Positions 37,928 through 47,774 of a DNA stretch of 64,000 nucleotides are shown in pieces. The DNA is from a virus. Its lineage: Duplodnaviria; Caudoviricetes. The stretch spans positions 32,460-96,459 of IMG/VR virus record IMGVR_UViG_3300021254_000029, one strand, 5' to 3'. The first letter of the stretch is position 1. Every line of letters begins with the position of its first letter. A model generated the notes under the pieces. It was not told the origin of the DNA, did no database searches, and saw only the letters and a list, made by a program, of their open reading frames with translations. A program made the position numbers and the translations under genes.

Positions 37928-37984
37928 AATTTTGAATTTTTTGAGGTTAAAAATTTGGTTATAGTTTGGCCATGATAGGCCGAT

Positions 37985-38625
37985 AGTGGGCACTGCGGGA
38001 ACTTGCACCCGCTGCAATGCTGCCTAATAGGTTCATTTAGCCCTCCTCCAGGTGTTGATAGTGTTACTTTGCTTCGCACCATACATTTTTCGGCACACTT
38101 CATCACTGTGTGACTATTACGCCTTGACAATACTTCGCTGCCGATAGGGTACACCAGACCCTGCTTTGCACTTTCCCGAGCTACTCTAAAGACTTCACAC
38201 CATACCTTCCGGCTCTTCGCTCCACTATCATAGATAGTGCTTCCGCACTGGATAGCTTCGCTATTGTGATGGGGCTATGCTTTCGGTGTGGCCTTTCAAC
38301 CTATCCGTAAGGATAGAGTACGTCCCTAACGTACTTGACGCCCTTTCCAGCCGTTCCCGTCTCTTCACTTTTCGGGCATAGTACACCCAGTCGTGTAGTT
38401 ATGCCATGCCATCATGTCAAAGATAGCGAGTCCGTTAAACGCTTTTAACCTTCGCTTTGTGCCTGCTCCTTACTGCGGCCTGCCTGCGGGACGTTTACAA
38501 CGCTTTTTATTAACCTGAGTTCACTTGCTATTTACACATCCTATCAAGTGAGAATGTTAGAAGGTGAGCGGGTGCCTCACTTATCCCCTTATTTGCCATT
38601 GGAAACGTCTTTGTTTCCTTTTGAC
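37985..38625 (-). ncRNA. Long structured leader / candidate large ncRNA
   Basis: ~640 nt without a credible ORF, many hairpins, boxA-like TCTTTGACAT (38423-38414), terminal GCGGG-TGCAAGTT-CCCGC. Confidence 0.55.
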
Positions 38626-38629
38626 GCTG

Positions 38630-38662
38630 CAAAGGTACGGCATTTTCTTGTATTTCTCCAAA
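38630..38662 (-). promoter_or_regulatory. Consensus Bacteroidetes promoter for the early region
   Basis: TTTG-N21-TACCTTTG. Confidence 0.8.
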
Positions 38663-38819
38663 CTTTTGCGGCATTTCCTTGTATTTTCACGCTTAAAATT
38701 GATTTATATCAAGTGAACGGCCTATTTTTGGGCAGAAAACGCCCTAAAAATTGCAACAGCAGGGCAGACAGCGCCGAGAACCACAATACGCGCGCGTGAA
38801 CATTGTAATGTATCAAAAA

Positions 38820-38958
38820 GGGCAGCAGCGGGGCAGCACCTGGGCAGCAGCGGGGCAGCACCTGGGCAGCAGCAGCAAGGCAGCAGCAGGGCAGCAGCAG
38901 GGCAGCAGCGGGGCAGAGGCAGCAGGGCAGAGGCAGCAGGGCAGAGGCAGCAGGGCAT
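38820..38958 (+). repeat. GGGCAG/GCAGCAG low-complexity tandem repeat
   Basis: Units such as GGGCAGCAGCGGGGCAGCACCT x2 and GGGCAGAGGCAGCA x3. Confidence 0.85.
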
Positions 38959-39167
38959 ATTTGCAGCGACGGCACGCCCAGCGCACCCACCCGAACTCTT
39001 GTGCGAGGCGCGGGGTCGTCTTCGCGTAAGGAAAGTGTTTCCAGAAAGATTTGGGGTGTAGGAAACTATTTATTATCAATCGTTGGGTAAAAAAACAAAG
39101 GAGGGAAAGCGGTTTGCTTTCCCTCCTTTGTCGTACAAAAGGATATATTTCCCAACTATTGTTTTAC

Positions 39168-40049
39168 CTATTCTTGGGCATACATGGGCGTGACATCATA
39201 ATGCTGTCTGTTGGCGGTGAGCATAGAGGCGACGCGGTTGAAGGTGGGTTCTTCCATAACGGCGGTAGTGATGCCGGTAGCCACGTCAGTCCACGGATGC
39301 ACTTCGCGAAAAGCCTTTGCGAGTAAGTCGGCATGGTCGAAAGCTACGGTGTAGTCGGGCGCTGCCTTGTATGCGGAATCCACTCGGAAGAAGAGGATGC
39401 CGTCTGGGTGAGCTTCGTAGAAGAGGCGGAAACGCTCGCGCAGGTCGAGCGCGGTGTCGTCCCATGGATTCAGTTCCTGCAATGGCGTTTCTTGCTTGGT
39501 TTTTATGGGCTTATCCACTTGTTTGTCAGGGCTCTCCATTGCAGCAACCTCATAACTGGAGAGTACCCCGGCAACGGAGAGAAGTTCTGCGTTTATACGG
39601 TCTACGTCCTCGCGACTGATACAACCATATACCTTTGAACTGGGAGAGACAAGGACGCTTTCTTTTCTGTCTTTAGACCATCCAAGCAATCGAGTAGTGA
39701 CGGCGGTAATATTCATGAGCTCGCCAACCCTCTTCATCGGCTCAACCAAGGCGGGGTCATAAGTATTACCACGTTGATTTGTAAACGTTTCCGGGCTCCC
39801 AAAAGTGAGCACATGACTACGGAGCAATTCAGCGAACTCACCCAAAGCTGCATTGAGCTTGGGCAGAGCTTTTGCAGTAAAGTTCCTGGGGAGCCCATCA
39901 ACACCTTTATTGTGTTTAAAGCAAGCACTGACCAAACTTGCACTTACCCCCATAAGCTCCGCCAATCGTGCCAGCTTCACGTCATGGTCAATCAAATATT
40001 GATAAAGCGTATCCTGCGATACCTGCACCTTTGATGTATTATCATTCAT
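39168..40049 (-). CDS. HTH protein with C-terminal MutS-I-like domain
   Basis: KLARLAELMGVSASLVSACF HTH; FYEAHPDGILFFRVD...HADLLAKAF. Confidence 0.65.
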   Translation of the reverse strand: MNDNTSKVQVSQDTLYQYLIDHDVKLARLAELMGVSASLVSACFKHNKGVDGLPRNFTAKALPKLNAALGEFAELLRSHVLTFGSPETFTNQRGNTYDPALVEPMKRVGELMNITAVTTRLLGWSKDRKESVLVSPSSKVYGCISREDVDRINAELLSVAGVLSSYEVAAMESPDKQVDKPIKTKQETPLQELNPWDDTALDLRERFRLFYEAHPDGILFFRVDSAYKAAPDYTVAFDHADLLAKAFREVHPWTDVATGITTAVMEEPTFNRVASMLTANRQHYDVTPMYAQE

Positions 40050-40077
40050 CAGTTTAAGTTTATTTGGTTAGCGAGGG

Positions 40078-40109
40078 CAAAGGTACGGCATTTATTTCTA
40101 TTATGCAAA
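40078..40109 (-). promoter_or_regulatory. Bacteroidetes promoter
   Basis: TTTG-N20-TACCTTTG. Confidence 0.75.
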
Positions 40110-40331
40110 TTATTTTCGGTATTTTTTTGCATTTTATGCTGCAGAACATATTATTTTGATTTACTATTTAACGATTTACAATTTACAATTTATGTACAAT
40201 TTTACTATTTGGCAGTTTCTTCACTCATTGTTATTTCTCTATTGGCGAGGGTAAAGAGGGGGTGGCATCGCGGGTGAGTCCGCGATGCACACCAGGGGAC
40301 GGGGCGCTGAGGGACAGGCCCGAGGCTTGGG

Positions 40332-40814
40332 TTAAGGCTGTGAGTCGTCGCCGTCGGCGGATTCGAGGCCCAGGTCTTCGATGGAGGCTCCGCTGAGCTG
40401 CAGCTCCAGGGCGGCAGCGGCGAAGGCGCGGGTGGGCACCTTGTGGAGGGTGATGTTGCCGAGCTCGAGCGTGAAACGGTTCGAGGGCTTGAAACGCACG
40501 TTGATGCTCTTGATGTTGCTGCGGGTGAAGGCACGCAGCGACTCAGCGCCCTCGCTGTTGCAGGTGAGGTGGAAGCTGCCGAGGTCGCCGAGCTGGATGC
40601 GGTAGCCGTCGGACAGCAGCTCGCGTGTGCAGCTGACGAGCTTCATGATGATAGCCACGACGTCGGCACGGTCGTAGTTGCAGCCGTGCGACACCATGTG
40701 GTCGGCGATCTCGTCGATGCCGAACTGTGACCGACTCTGGAGGTAGGCATAGGCCTTCTTGGGCTCTTGACTTTTGACAGGGTTGCCCAACATCGCTACT
40801 GAATAGTCTAACAT
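40332..40814 (-). CDS. Bacteroidetes HU/IHF-like DNA-binding protein
   Basis: LSDGYRIQLGDLGSFHLT...NVRFKPS. Confidence 0.85.
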   Translation of the reverse strand: MLDYSVAMLGNPVKSQEPKKAYAYLQSRSQFGIDEIADHMVSHGCNYDRADVVAIIMKLVSCTRELLSDGYRIQLGDLGSFHLTCNSEGAESLRAFTRSNIKSINVRFKPSNRFTLELGNITLHKVPTRAFAAAALELQLSGASIEDLGLESADGDDSQP

Positions 40815-41099
40815 GGCTTGATGATTAAAATTAAAAAAACAAGGATTTCAAGTTTCGGATGTTATATTAGAACTACGAATTTCACAAATTAAACGAATTT
40901 TTCATTGCCTATGGTTTACTTGAATTATATCGAATTTTACAAATTACTGAGCGAAGTGCTAAACAGGTTTCGCGAATATAATTGATGACAATGCGCAGCC
41001 GATAATTCGATTAATTCGTTTAATTCGTTGTTTTTTAAAAAGTAAGGATTTTAATATAAAAAAGTAGGGATTTTAATATAAAAAAGTATAGCTTTTTTT

Positions 41100-41507
41100 T
41101 TAAACCCTCAGCAGGAAGTCGTCGGCGCGGAGGATGCAGCAGTCACGGAGACGGCGTGTCTGGCCGCTGGCGGTGAACTGCACGAGGCGTGAGGGGAAGG
41201 CTCCGGGGCCGTCGGTATCGACGGCCAGGGTGACACATTCTTCGCCGAGGATGCAGTCGCCGTTGGAGGCGGCGACATACCAGACGCGCCAGGGGATGCG
41301 CTCGGGGACCTGGACGAGTTGACGAGTTGATGAGTTAACAAGTTGACGAGTTGACGAGTTGACGAGTTGACGAGTTGATGAGTTGACGGGTGGACGAGTG
41401 GGTTGTGCTGTGCCAACTTGTTTACTTGTCTGCTGGTCAACTTGTTTACTGACCAGGCGCGTGCGCTCGGCGACGCGACGCAGTTCAGAGAGGGAGAGGG
41501 TCTTCAT
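41100..41507 (-). CDS. Hypothetical protein with an in-frame octamer repeat insertion
   Basis: MKTLSLSELRR...(NSSTRQLV)x3...RRLRDCCILRADD. Confidence 0.6.
   Translation of the reverse strand: MKTLSLSELRRVAERTRLVSKQVDQQTSKQVGTAQPTRPPVNSSTRQLVNSSTRQLVNSSTRQLVQVPERIPWRVWYVAASNGDCILGEECVTLAVDTDGPGAFPSRLVQFTASGQTRRLRDCCILRADDFLLRV
41313..41398. repeat. GACGAGTT octamer tandem repeat
   Basis: About 10 degenerate 8-bp units. Confidence 0.85.
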
Positions 41508-41601
41508 AATGACGAATGACGAATGAGGAATGAGAAATGAAAAATTAAAAATTAAAAGTGAAAAATGACAAAAGTCAGCAAAGCTAAAAATGACGCTGCG
41601 T

Positions 41602-41931
41602 TCAGAGGTAGCGGAGCCAGGCGTAGGGCCGTCGGCGACTGAGGTAGTCGGTGTCGGCCTCGTTGACATAGGCTTCGGCCTCGAAGCTGATGGCGCGGTA
41701 GGCGCGGTGACTGTCGCGCAGGCGGATGAGCCGGAAGAGCCATTCGATGCCATACCAGAGGAAGAAGGGCAGGATAAGCATCTCCAGTTGCTGGCGGCCG
41801 TGTATGTGTTCGTGACGGGAGGCAGTGGGGGTGAAGCGCGCCGCGGCGGCACGGCGCACGAAGATGAAGGGCCACAGGGTGATGGCCAGGAAACCTCGGA
41901 AGGGGATGATGGTGTTGATGATGACTTTCAT
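41602..41931 (-). CDS. Small membrane protein with HExxH motif
   Basis: AITLWPFIF, RHEHIHGRQQLE, AYRAISFEAEAY. Confidence 0.75.
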   Translation of the reverse strand: MKVIINTIIPFRGFLAITLWPFIFVRRAAAARFTPTASRHEHIHGRQQLEMLILPFFLWYGIEWLFRLIRLRDSHRAYRAISFEAEAYVNEADTDYLSRRRPYAWLRYL

Positions 41932-41961
41932 AGTTTTTTTCTTAAACGGTGTTAAATCATC

Positions 41962-42600
41962 TTACATTTTGAACTTTCTGAATATTTTAAGCCACCAGGC
42001 GCGTTTCTTCAGGGCCCAGATGGCGGCGGCGAGGGCGAGGGTGATGAGCATGATGTTGGCGAGTGAGAGGCGTAGCTGCTGCCAGCGGGTGAGGGGCGCC
42101 GGCACTTCGACTTCCACGGGATAGGGTTGCGGCACCAGGCGCTCGCGGTATTGGATGCTGTCGCGGGTGGTCTCGCGGTGCAGGACGGTTACGGCCACAG
42201 GCGTGGGCTTAGTGGTGAGGGAATGATGGAGCAGGCCGTCGCGGATGGCGGCATCGGAGGCGGCGTAGTCGTTCTCGATGTGTGAGGCGGTGTCGGGCGT
42301 GACGTGATAGACGGTCTGCGGCGGGAGTGGCACAAGGATGGTGTCGGGCACGAAGACGGTGTGCGTATGGACGTGCGTCGAGGTGCTGTCGCGCGACTCA
42401 ACGAGGACGGTGCGCGTGGATCGGCAGCTTGCCATAAGGATGACGAGGAGGATGGCGATGATGATCCATGAGAGGATGGTGAGGAGACAACTCCAGCGGT
42501 CGGGCAGCCCGTCGTCGGCGGGCGGTTCGGCTGGCGGCCACTGGGGGTGGTGGAAGGGCGACGCGGGGTCGGTTGGGTGATAGTGATATTCTTCGTACAT
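41962..42600 (-). CDS. Lipoprotein with C-terminal TM helix (unimolecular-spanin-like topology)
   Basis: Hydrophobic stretch plus MASC lipobox, beta-rich middle, LTRWQ plus C-terminal TM. Confidence 0.6.
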   Translation of the reverse strand: MYEEYHYHPTDPASPFHHPQWPPAEPPADDGLPDRWSCLLTILSWIIIAILLVILMASCRSTRTVLVESRDSTSTHVHTHTVFVPDTILVPLPPQTVYHVTPDTASHIENDYAASDAAIRDGLLHHSLTTKPTPVAVTVLHRETTRDSIQYRERLVPQPYPVEVEVPAPLTRWQQLRLSLANIMLITLALAAAIWALKKRAWWLKIFRKFKM

Positions 42601-43139
42601 ATTGCTGAGATTTGGTGTCGCTATAAAATAGCGACGGAAAAGACGGAGGCAAGGGCGGTACGGGGCGCAAGGGCGGAATGAAAGGTAATGAAAAGACGGG
42701 CGCAAGGGCGGTACGAAAACAAAAAACCGCCACCCGTAATGAAAGCTACAACATACAGGGTGGCGGCGCGGTGGAGCGGTCCAAACAAACAAAAGACCGA
42801 CACCTGAAGAAATTTATCCCTTAATTGTTTTTCAACTTTTTTCTATGCGTCATCACGACGCTGGCAAATGTAAAGAAATTTATCGCCTCACGGCGGAGAG
42901 GAAAACATCGGGGCTGTGCTTTTTGGCATCTGTCAGGATGCCGTGCATAACGAGAACACGCCCCGATGTTATGGGGTCGCGGCGCAGACGCAGGGCGGGA
43001 GAGTACGGGAGGACCTGCGTTTTGAATGTGGTAGGAACTGCGGCGCGACAAAATTATCTAAAACAATGAAAGAACGAAATTACCTATATAAATATCAGCG
43101 AGTACAAAGGTACGGCAAAAAGGCGTAACGTGCAAACAT

Positions 43140-43660
43140 TCAGCCGATTATTACACACGATGGCGCAAAAAGCTGCGCAAAAATATTAGGATATTTGCGC
43201 TTTATTAGAGCCGTAATTTTGCGCAAATTGCTGTTTTTGAGGTAGTTATTATGTATTATTTTCAATATTTGCGGTATTTTTGAGATGAAAAGTATAATAA
43301 AAAAATTTATGCAATATGTATATTATATATATAACTATCTATATATCAACCATTTCCTTTTATTTGTAAATGTCTTTTTACTTATAGAGGGGAGCGGGGA
43401 GTGACGCGCGGATGCCTTGAAGAATGTGTAGCAGATTTCTTATATATATTTTTATGTTTTCATATAGTTTGGTCAAAAAATGGGTGTTTTCTAATAATTG
43501 GTGGAATTTTAAGGCGTAACACACTGAGTAATAATTCATTAGACAAAATTAAAGTCTAATAATGAAAAATTAGCTAACGTGCTGATAGATACCTTATTAG
43601 ACAATTATTAGAACGAGGGAAATTCTAATAAATATGGGCATTTTCTAATAATTCTGGGGA
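43140..43660. other. AT-rich non-coding region with short repeats (candidate origin)
   Basis: Multiple TCTAATAA/TTATTAGA and TGCGCAAA copies in both orientations. Confidence 0.45.
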
Positions 43661-43749
43661 GTTTTTTTCACGATGCGGATGGAAAAAGCCCGCCGCTGAT
43701 GCGACGGGCTCGGTGGCTGCGGGGAGGGGATGGGGCTGCTGGAATGACT

Positions 43750-45684
43750 TCACTCGAAGTCGAAGCGGAATCCGGCGAAGTAGATATCAAAGGTCGCGAC
43801 GAACTGGGCGTAGAGCCCGGGCACGTAGTAGTTGATGCGCTCCGGGGTGACGTGGGAGCCGCTGGTGAGGGCGAAGGTGATGCACCGCTTGCGGTCGTTG
43901 ACGCGGAGGATGACGAGCTGCAGCACAATGTCCTGTACGAATGTTGGGCGACTGGCGGCGTACTGCGTCTGGAGGTCGGCAGTGAAACGGCTGAGTTGCT
44001 GCTGCTCGTCGGCGGTGAGCGTGAGTCGGTTGCCAGCGAAGTCGTATTGTGGGGGCCTCTCCCCTGCCACGCCGATGGCGTCCTGCACGAGCTGACGTGC
44101 CTGCTCGGGGGTGGGTTCGTGGGCAGGGGCGTTCCGAGCGGGGGAACCGCTCGGCGCACTGGAGGCGGAGACGGGAGAGTGGGAAGCTGTGACGTCCTCG
44201 GCAGGGGAGAAACCAAGATCATTCTTTATATAGTCTTGCAGGCAGGCAAAGAGATACTTAGGCATCTCGCGTTCATAGCGTTTGCGTGCTTTCGCCAAGG
44301 CAGCGACGGTGGCGGCGTGCTCTTCGGATCCTGGGATGGTATGTCTCACGGCCTTCTCGGCTGCGATGAGTTGCTGCAGCGTATCGCATTTAGCAAAGTC
44401 GCGGGCATCAACACGGGCACGGAGCTCATCGACCTTGGCGCGCAGGTCGGCATAGGTGGCGGGTCCTACGCGCTCGGCGTTGACAAGGCGTGCGGCATAG
44501 TTCTCACGGATGCCGAGGCGTTGCATGATGTGTTTCTTCAGTTCGATGCGCTCCAAGGTCTCTGCAGACTTCTGCATGGACTGGCGGCCGGCATCGGTGA
44601 GGGTGAGGTCGAAGATGACGCGGACAGGCGTGGGCCGGTTGCTCTTGCCTGGTATGCTCTGCTTGACGACCTCTGCAGTGAAGGTGAATGGCACGCGGCC
44701 CACGGCGGCCATGCCGTTGAAGTCGGCGATGGTGGGGGCGAGGACTTCGCGGTGGAACTCGGACCACGACTCGTAGGTGCGGCGATAGCCCCCAGGGCGC
44801 GGTTTGCCCCGGTGGGGACCGTCTGTATATTTCTCTGTCTGTCGGATGACCGTGCCGGGTGCCGTGGAGATATATACGCCTCGCTTGCGCCCTCCGGGTT
44901 CGTCTTCGCGTACCCATCGCTCGACCTCGATCTTACGTTGGCTACGCGGCGTAATGTCCTCGTCGAGCTGCATCTTCAGGCGCAGTGCTATCCAGTCGAT
45001 TTCGATATGGGTGTATTGCTGCCAGTAGGGGGCAAATAAGTAGAGAATGCGTTCGGTGTAGGCATGAAGTTTGACGCCTGTGGTGTCGATGCTCTTGCCA
45101 TGGCGGGCGGGGTTGTAGATGGTGTGCGCGGCGCGCGGCTCGATGGCGATGGTGATCTTGGGGCCTTGTGTGGAGACGTATCTTGTGGAAACGTTACCTT
45201 TTTTGTCGGTGTATTCCTCTTCGCGGTAATTCCAAAGGATGGGCCTGTAGAGGTTGTACCACGTGAGTCCGTGTCCCAGCTCAGGGTCGTCGCCCTCGTA
45301 CTCGATGCGATACTCTCCTGCACGGACGATGGCATCGAAGAACTCGGCGTAGTGCTGGCGGTCGACACCCAAATCCTTCAGGGATACGGTGTAAAGGAAC
45401 TCGCCTTTGTTGACAAACTGCGTGGTCTTCGTTGCCACCTCAAAGCCTTGTTCCTCAAAGGCCAGGACAATCTGTCCATCGTCCATGCAACCGCTCTGCG
45501 ACTGGGCTTTGAGATGGTGCTGCATGACACCCTGAAGTTTTGAGACCAGGAGGCGCAGGGCGTAGTTGGTGGTGGAGCTGCTGGCGTAGCGGCCCAAGGA
45601 AAGGGCGATGGGTACGATGACCATGCTAATGTCGTCACCCTGACGTACCTTGACTACGGGTGCCTTGGTGTTTCGTTTTGCCAT
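43750..45684 (-). CDS. Plasmid replication initiator (Rep_3/RepA-like) with long C-terminal extension
   Basis: YALRLLV, VSLKDLGV...YAEFFDAI, YTERILYLF..WQ, WSEFHREVLAPTIADF winged-helix pattern; iterons directly upstream. Confidence 0.75.
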   Translation of the reverse strand: MAKRNTKAPVVKVRQGDDISMVIVPIALSLGRYASSSTTNYALRLLVSKLQGVMQHHLKAQSQSGCMDDGQIVLAFEEQGFEVATKTTQFVNKGEFLYTVSLKDLGVDRQHYAEFFDAIVRAGEYRIEYEGDDPELGHGLTWYNLYRPILWNYREEEYTDKKGNVSTRYVSTQGPKITIAIEPRAAHTIYNPARHGKSIDTTGVKLHAYTERILYLFAPYWQQYTHIEIDWIALRLKMQLDEDITPRSQRKIEVERWVREDEPGGRKRGVYISTAPGTVIRQTEKYTDGPHRGKPRPGGYRRTYESWSEFHREVLAPTIADFNGMAAVGRVPFTFTAEVVKQSIPGKSNRPTPVRVIFDLTLTDAGRQSMQKSAETLERIELKKHIMQRLGIRENYAARLVNAERVGPATYADLRAKVDELRARVDARDFAKCDTLQQLIAAEKAVRHTIPGSEEHAATVAALAKARKRYEREMPKYLFACLQDYIKNDLGFSPAEDVTASHSPVSASSAPSGSPARNAPAHEPTPEQARQLVQDAIGVAGERPPQYDFAGNRLTLTADEQQQLSRFTADLQTQYAASRPTFVQDIVLQLVILRVNDRKRCITFALTSGSHVTPERINYYVPGLYAQFVATFDIYFAGFRFDFE

Positions 45685-45713
45685 AATAGGATATTTTTTT
45701 GTTGTAGCTGACG

Positions 45714-45721
45714 CAAAGGTA
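45714..45721 (-). promoter_or_regulatory. rep promoter -7 element
   Basis: TACCTTTG 30 bp upstream of the rep ATG. Confidence 0.6.
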
Positions 45722-45894
45722 AGGAGAATTTTTGATTTGACTATTTACTATTTACCATTTTCTTTATTAAACATGTTGAGAAACATAATATTTGATGCGT
45801 TTATTTTCAATGCTTTGCGTTTTTTATGCTATATTTGCACAAGATAGGAATTTAAAAAGTGTATTAAAATCACAAGATAGAGGAAGGTGAGAAT

Positions 45895-46168
45895 GTCACG
45901 TTTCCACAAGAAAGGGTGGCACCGAATATACAGAAAAGCAGGCGTAAGTCAATGTTGTTTCTCGTGGAAACGTGACGGTTGATGGGTCACTTTTCCGCAA
46001 GAAAGGCGTAACGTTTCCACGGGAAAGACCGATAAGCGTCACGTTTCCGCAGGAATAAAGACACGTTTCCGCAAGATAGATGTCACGTTTTCACAGGAAT
46101 GGAAGACACGTTTCCACGAAATAAGAGACACGTTTCCGCAGGACTGAAGACACGTTTCCACGGGATAG
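45895..46168 (+). repeat. Iteron array (plasmid origin)
   Basis: Consensus G(T/A)CACGTTTCC(A/G)C(A/G)RGA; direct copies at 45895, 45986, 46008, 46038, 46060, 46082, 46105, 46127, 46149 (mostly 22-bp period) and one inverted at ~45958-45976. Confidence 0.88.
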
Positions 46169-46562
46169 GAGAGTTTAATAAGTTGCATTTCAATGTGTTA
46201 TGCGGCCTTATATACTATATATTACTGATATTTCTGTATTATTCCTATATAAAAAGAATGATAATCATCTTTTCTTTTTTGGAACGCCGATTGGAACCAT
46301 GGTTGGATGGCGGTTCTTTCTTGTGGAAATGTTACACCCGACCTAACCCCCTACCCCTTCCCTACCCTGCTCTGGCGGGAAAAAGGAAACCGCCAGTCGG
46401 CGCGGTGGCAGGCTGGCGGATGGTGTGATGGCTTCGATGGAATCACAGCTTTTACGATTTTTGTAGTCTGGGTTGCGACTCAATCGCAACATACGGGACG
46501 GCAAGGGTGACGGAGGACGGGTGGGGCGAAAGGGACGGCAAAGGGCAAGGGGTGATAGTTTG

Positions 46563-47249
46563 TCACCGGTTGGATTCTGTGCGGAGATACTTGTCAACTA
46601 TCTCTTTGAACTCTATTTGGCTGATGATGCGGATGTCACGGTCTTCGGCGCGGAGGGCTTCGACTTCGGCGAGTTTGGCGGGGCCTACCTTGTTTCCCAT
46701 GACGAAGACCTGCATGGTGCGCGAGACGCTGCGGTTGAGCTTGGCACCGAGGCGCTGGATCGCTTCGGCCACTTGTTCGCGTTCCATGTGGATCTGCTCG
46801 AAGGTGCCGGAGAGGACGACGACTTTTCCGTAGAGCGGATTGTCGGGGTCGGCGCCGTCAAGCTGCTGTGTGAGGTAGCTGCTGTCGATTTGCTTGTGTT
46901 TTTCCACCTTGGTCTTCAGTTCTTGGTTCTCACGCAGTGTCTCTTCGGAACGTCGGACAACTTCGCGGGCGACGGCGTTCATGGTTTTCTGTGTCTCCTG
47001 ATAGTGGTGCACCTGCTTGTGCAAGGCTTCGAGTGCTGTCTGTGCTTCGCTGTGGCGTACCCATCCGTCGGAGATGTCGTCGTCTGGGATCATATTGTCC
47101 TGGGCGAGGTACTGCTGGAGGAGCTGACGAGCTTCGCCTATGCGCTTTTCGGCCTCGTAGTAGTTGTTCCACTTGATTTTCACTTGGGCTTCGCGCAGGA
47201 GCTGGTCAGCTTGCTGCGGCAGAGTGTAGTCGTGGCTATACTGTTGCAT
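46563..47249 (-). CDS. Coiled-coil protein with C-terminal BRCT domain
   Basis: PLYGKVVVLSGTF...LGAKLNRSVSRT...GPAKL. Confidence 0.8.
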   Translation of the reverse strand: MQQYSHDYTLPQQADQLLREAQVKIKWNNYYEAEKRIGEARQLLQQYLAQDNMIPDDDISDGWVRHSEAQTALEALHKQVHHYQETQKTMNAVAREVVRRSEETLRENQELKTKVEKHKQIDSSYLTQQLDGADPDNPLYGKVVVLSGTFEQIHMEREQVAEAIQRLGAKLNRSVSRTMQVFVMGNKVGPAKLAEVEALRAEDRDIRIISQIEFKEIVDKYLRTESNR

Positions 47250-47292
47250 AGTGTATTTACTTAAATGCTTAAATAATTGTATGAGTAGATGT

Positions 47293-47772
47293 TTATTTGC
47301 GTGTTTGTTTTGTTCCCTTCCTTTGTCCGCGTAGAGGCCGGTTGCGTATTTCCGTTTGGCGTGCGGTAAATCCGTCGTCGGTGAGTTGTCCGAGTGCGTG
47401 GAGCTTTTCGACGATGGCAAGTTCTACAAAGTCCTGTCGCGTCATATTGGGGAGGCTGGAGCAATAGAGGCTGACGAGGTTGTACTCTTCCAGTGGTATC
47501 TGCGGATTAGGCAGTCGCATGAATTTGGGTTGCTGGACGGGTTGCCATTCCCCGTCGGATTGCCTTGTGGCTACGGGTGTGACGGTCAGCTTGGCTTTCC
47601 CCTCCTTCGGATTGTCGGCTGGGGATGATACGTCTGAGGTGATTGGTGTCTGTTGCGTGGTCGCCTGTTGTTCGATGGCGGCCACGGTGGCAGCCTGGTC
47701 GGCGAGCGCCTGGAAGGAGGAAAGTGCTACCCCACCCTGCTGCATCTGTTTGAATTTGTCTTTCTTTGCCAT
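47293..47772 (-). CDS. ParA partner (ParG-like centromere-binding protein)
   Basis: Downstream of parA; disordered N-terminus and MTRQDFVELAIVEKL RHH-like helix. Confidence 0.6.
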   Translation of the reverse strand: MAKKDKFKQMQQGGVALSSFQALADQAATVAAIEQQATTQQTPITSDVSSPADNPKEGKAKLTVTPVATRQSDGEWQPVQQPKFMRLPNPQIPLEEYNLVSLYCSSLPNMTRQDFVELAIVEKLHALGQLTDDGFTARQTEIRNRPLRGQRKGTKQTRK

Positions 47773-47774
47773 AA

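Noticed and set aside
38709-39079. Cys/Pro/Ala- or Gln-rich ORFs over the GGCAG tract
   Set aside because: Translations of the low-complexity repeat in several frames
42024-42036. 13-nt match to TnpB guide positions 2-14 inside the lipoprotein gene
   Set aside because: First seed base mismatched, low-complexity GC-rich sequence, no further pairing; probably chance
45895-46168. Regularly spaced repeats as a CRISPR array
   Set aside because: 22-bp period with no unique spacers, next to rep: these are iterons
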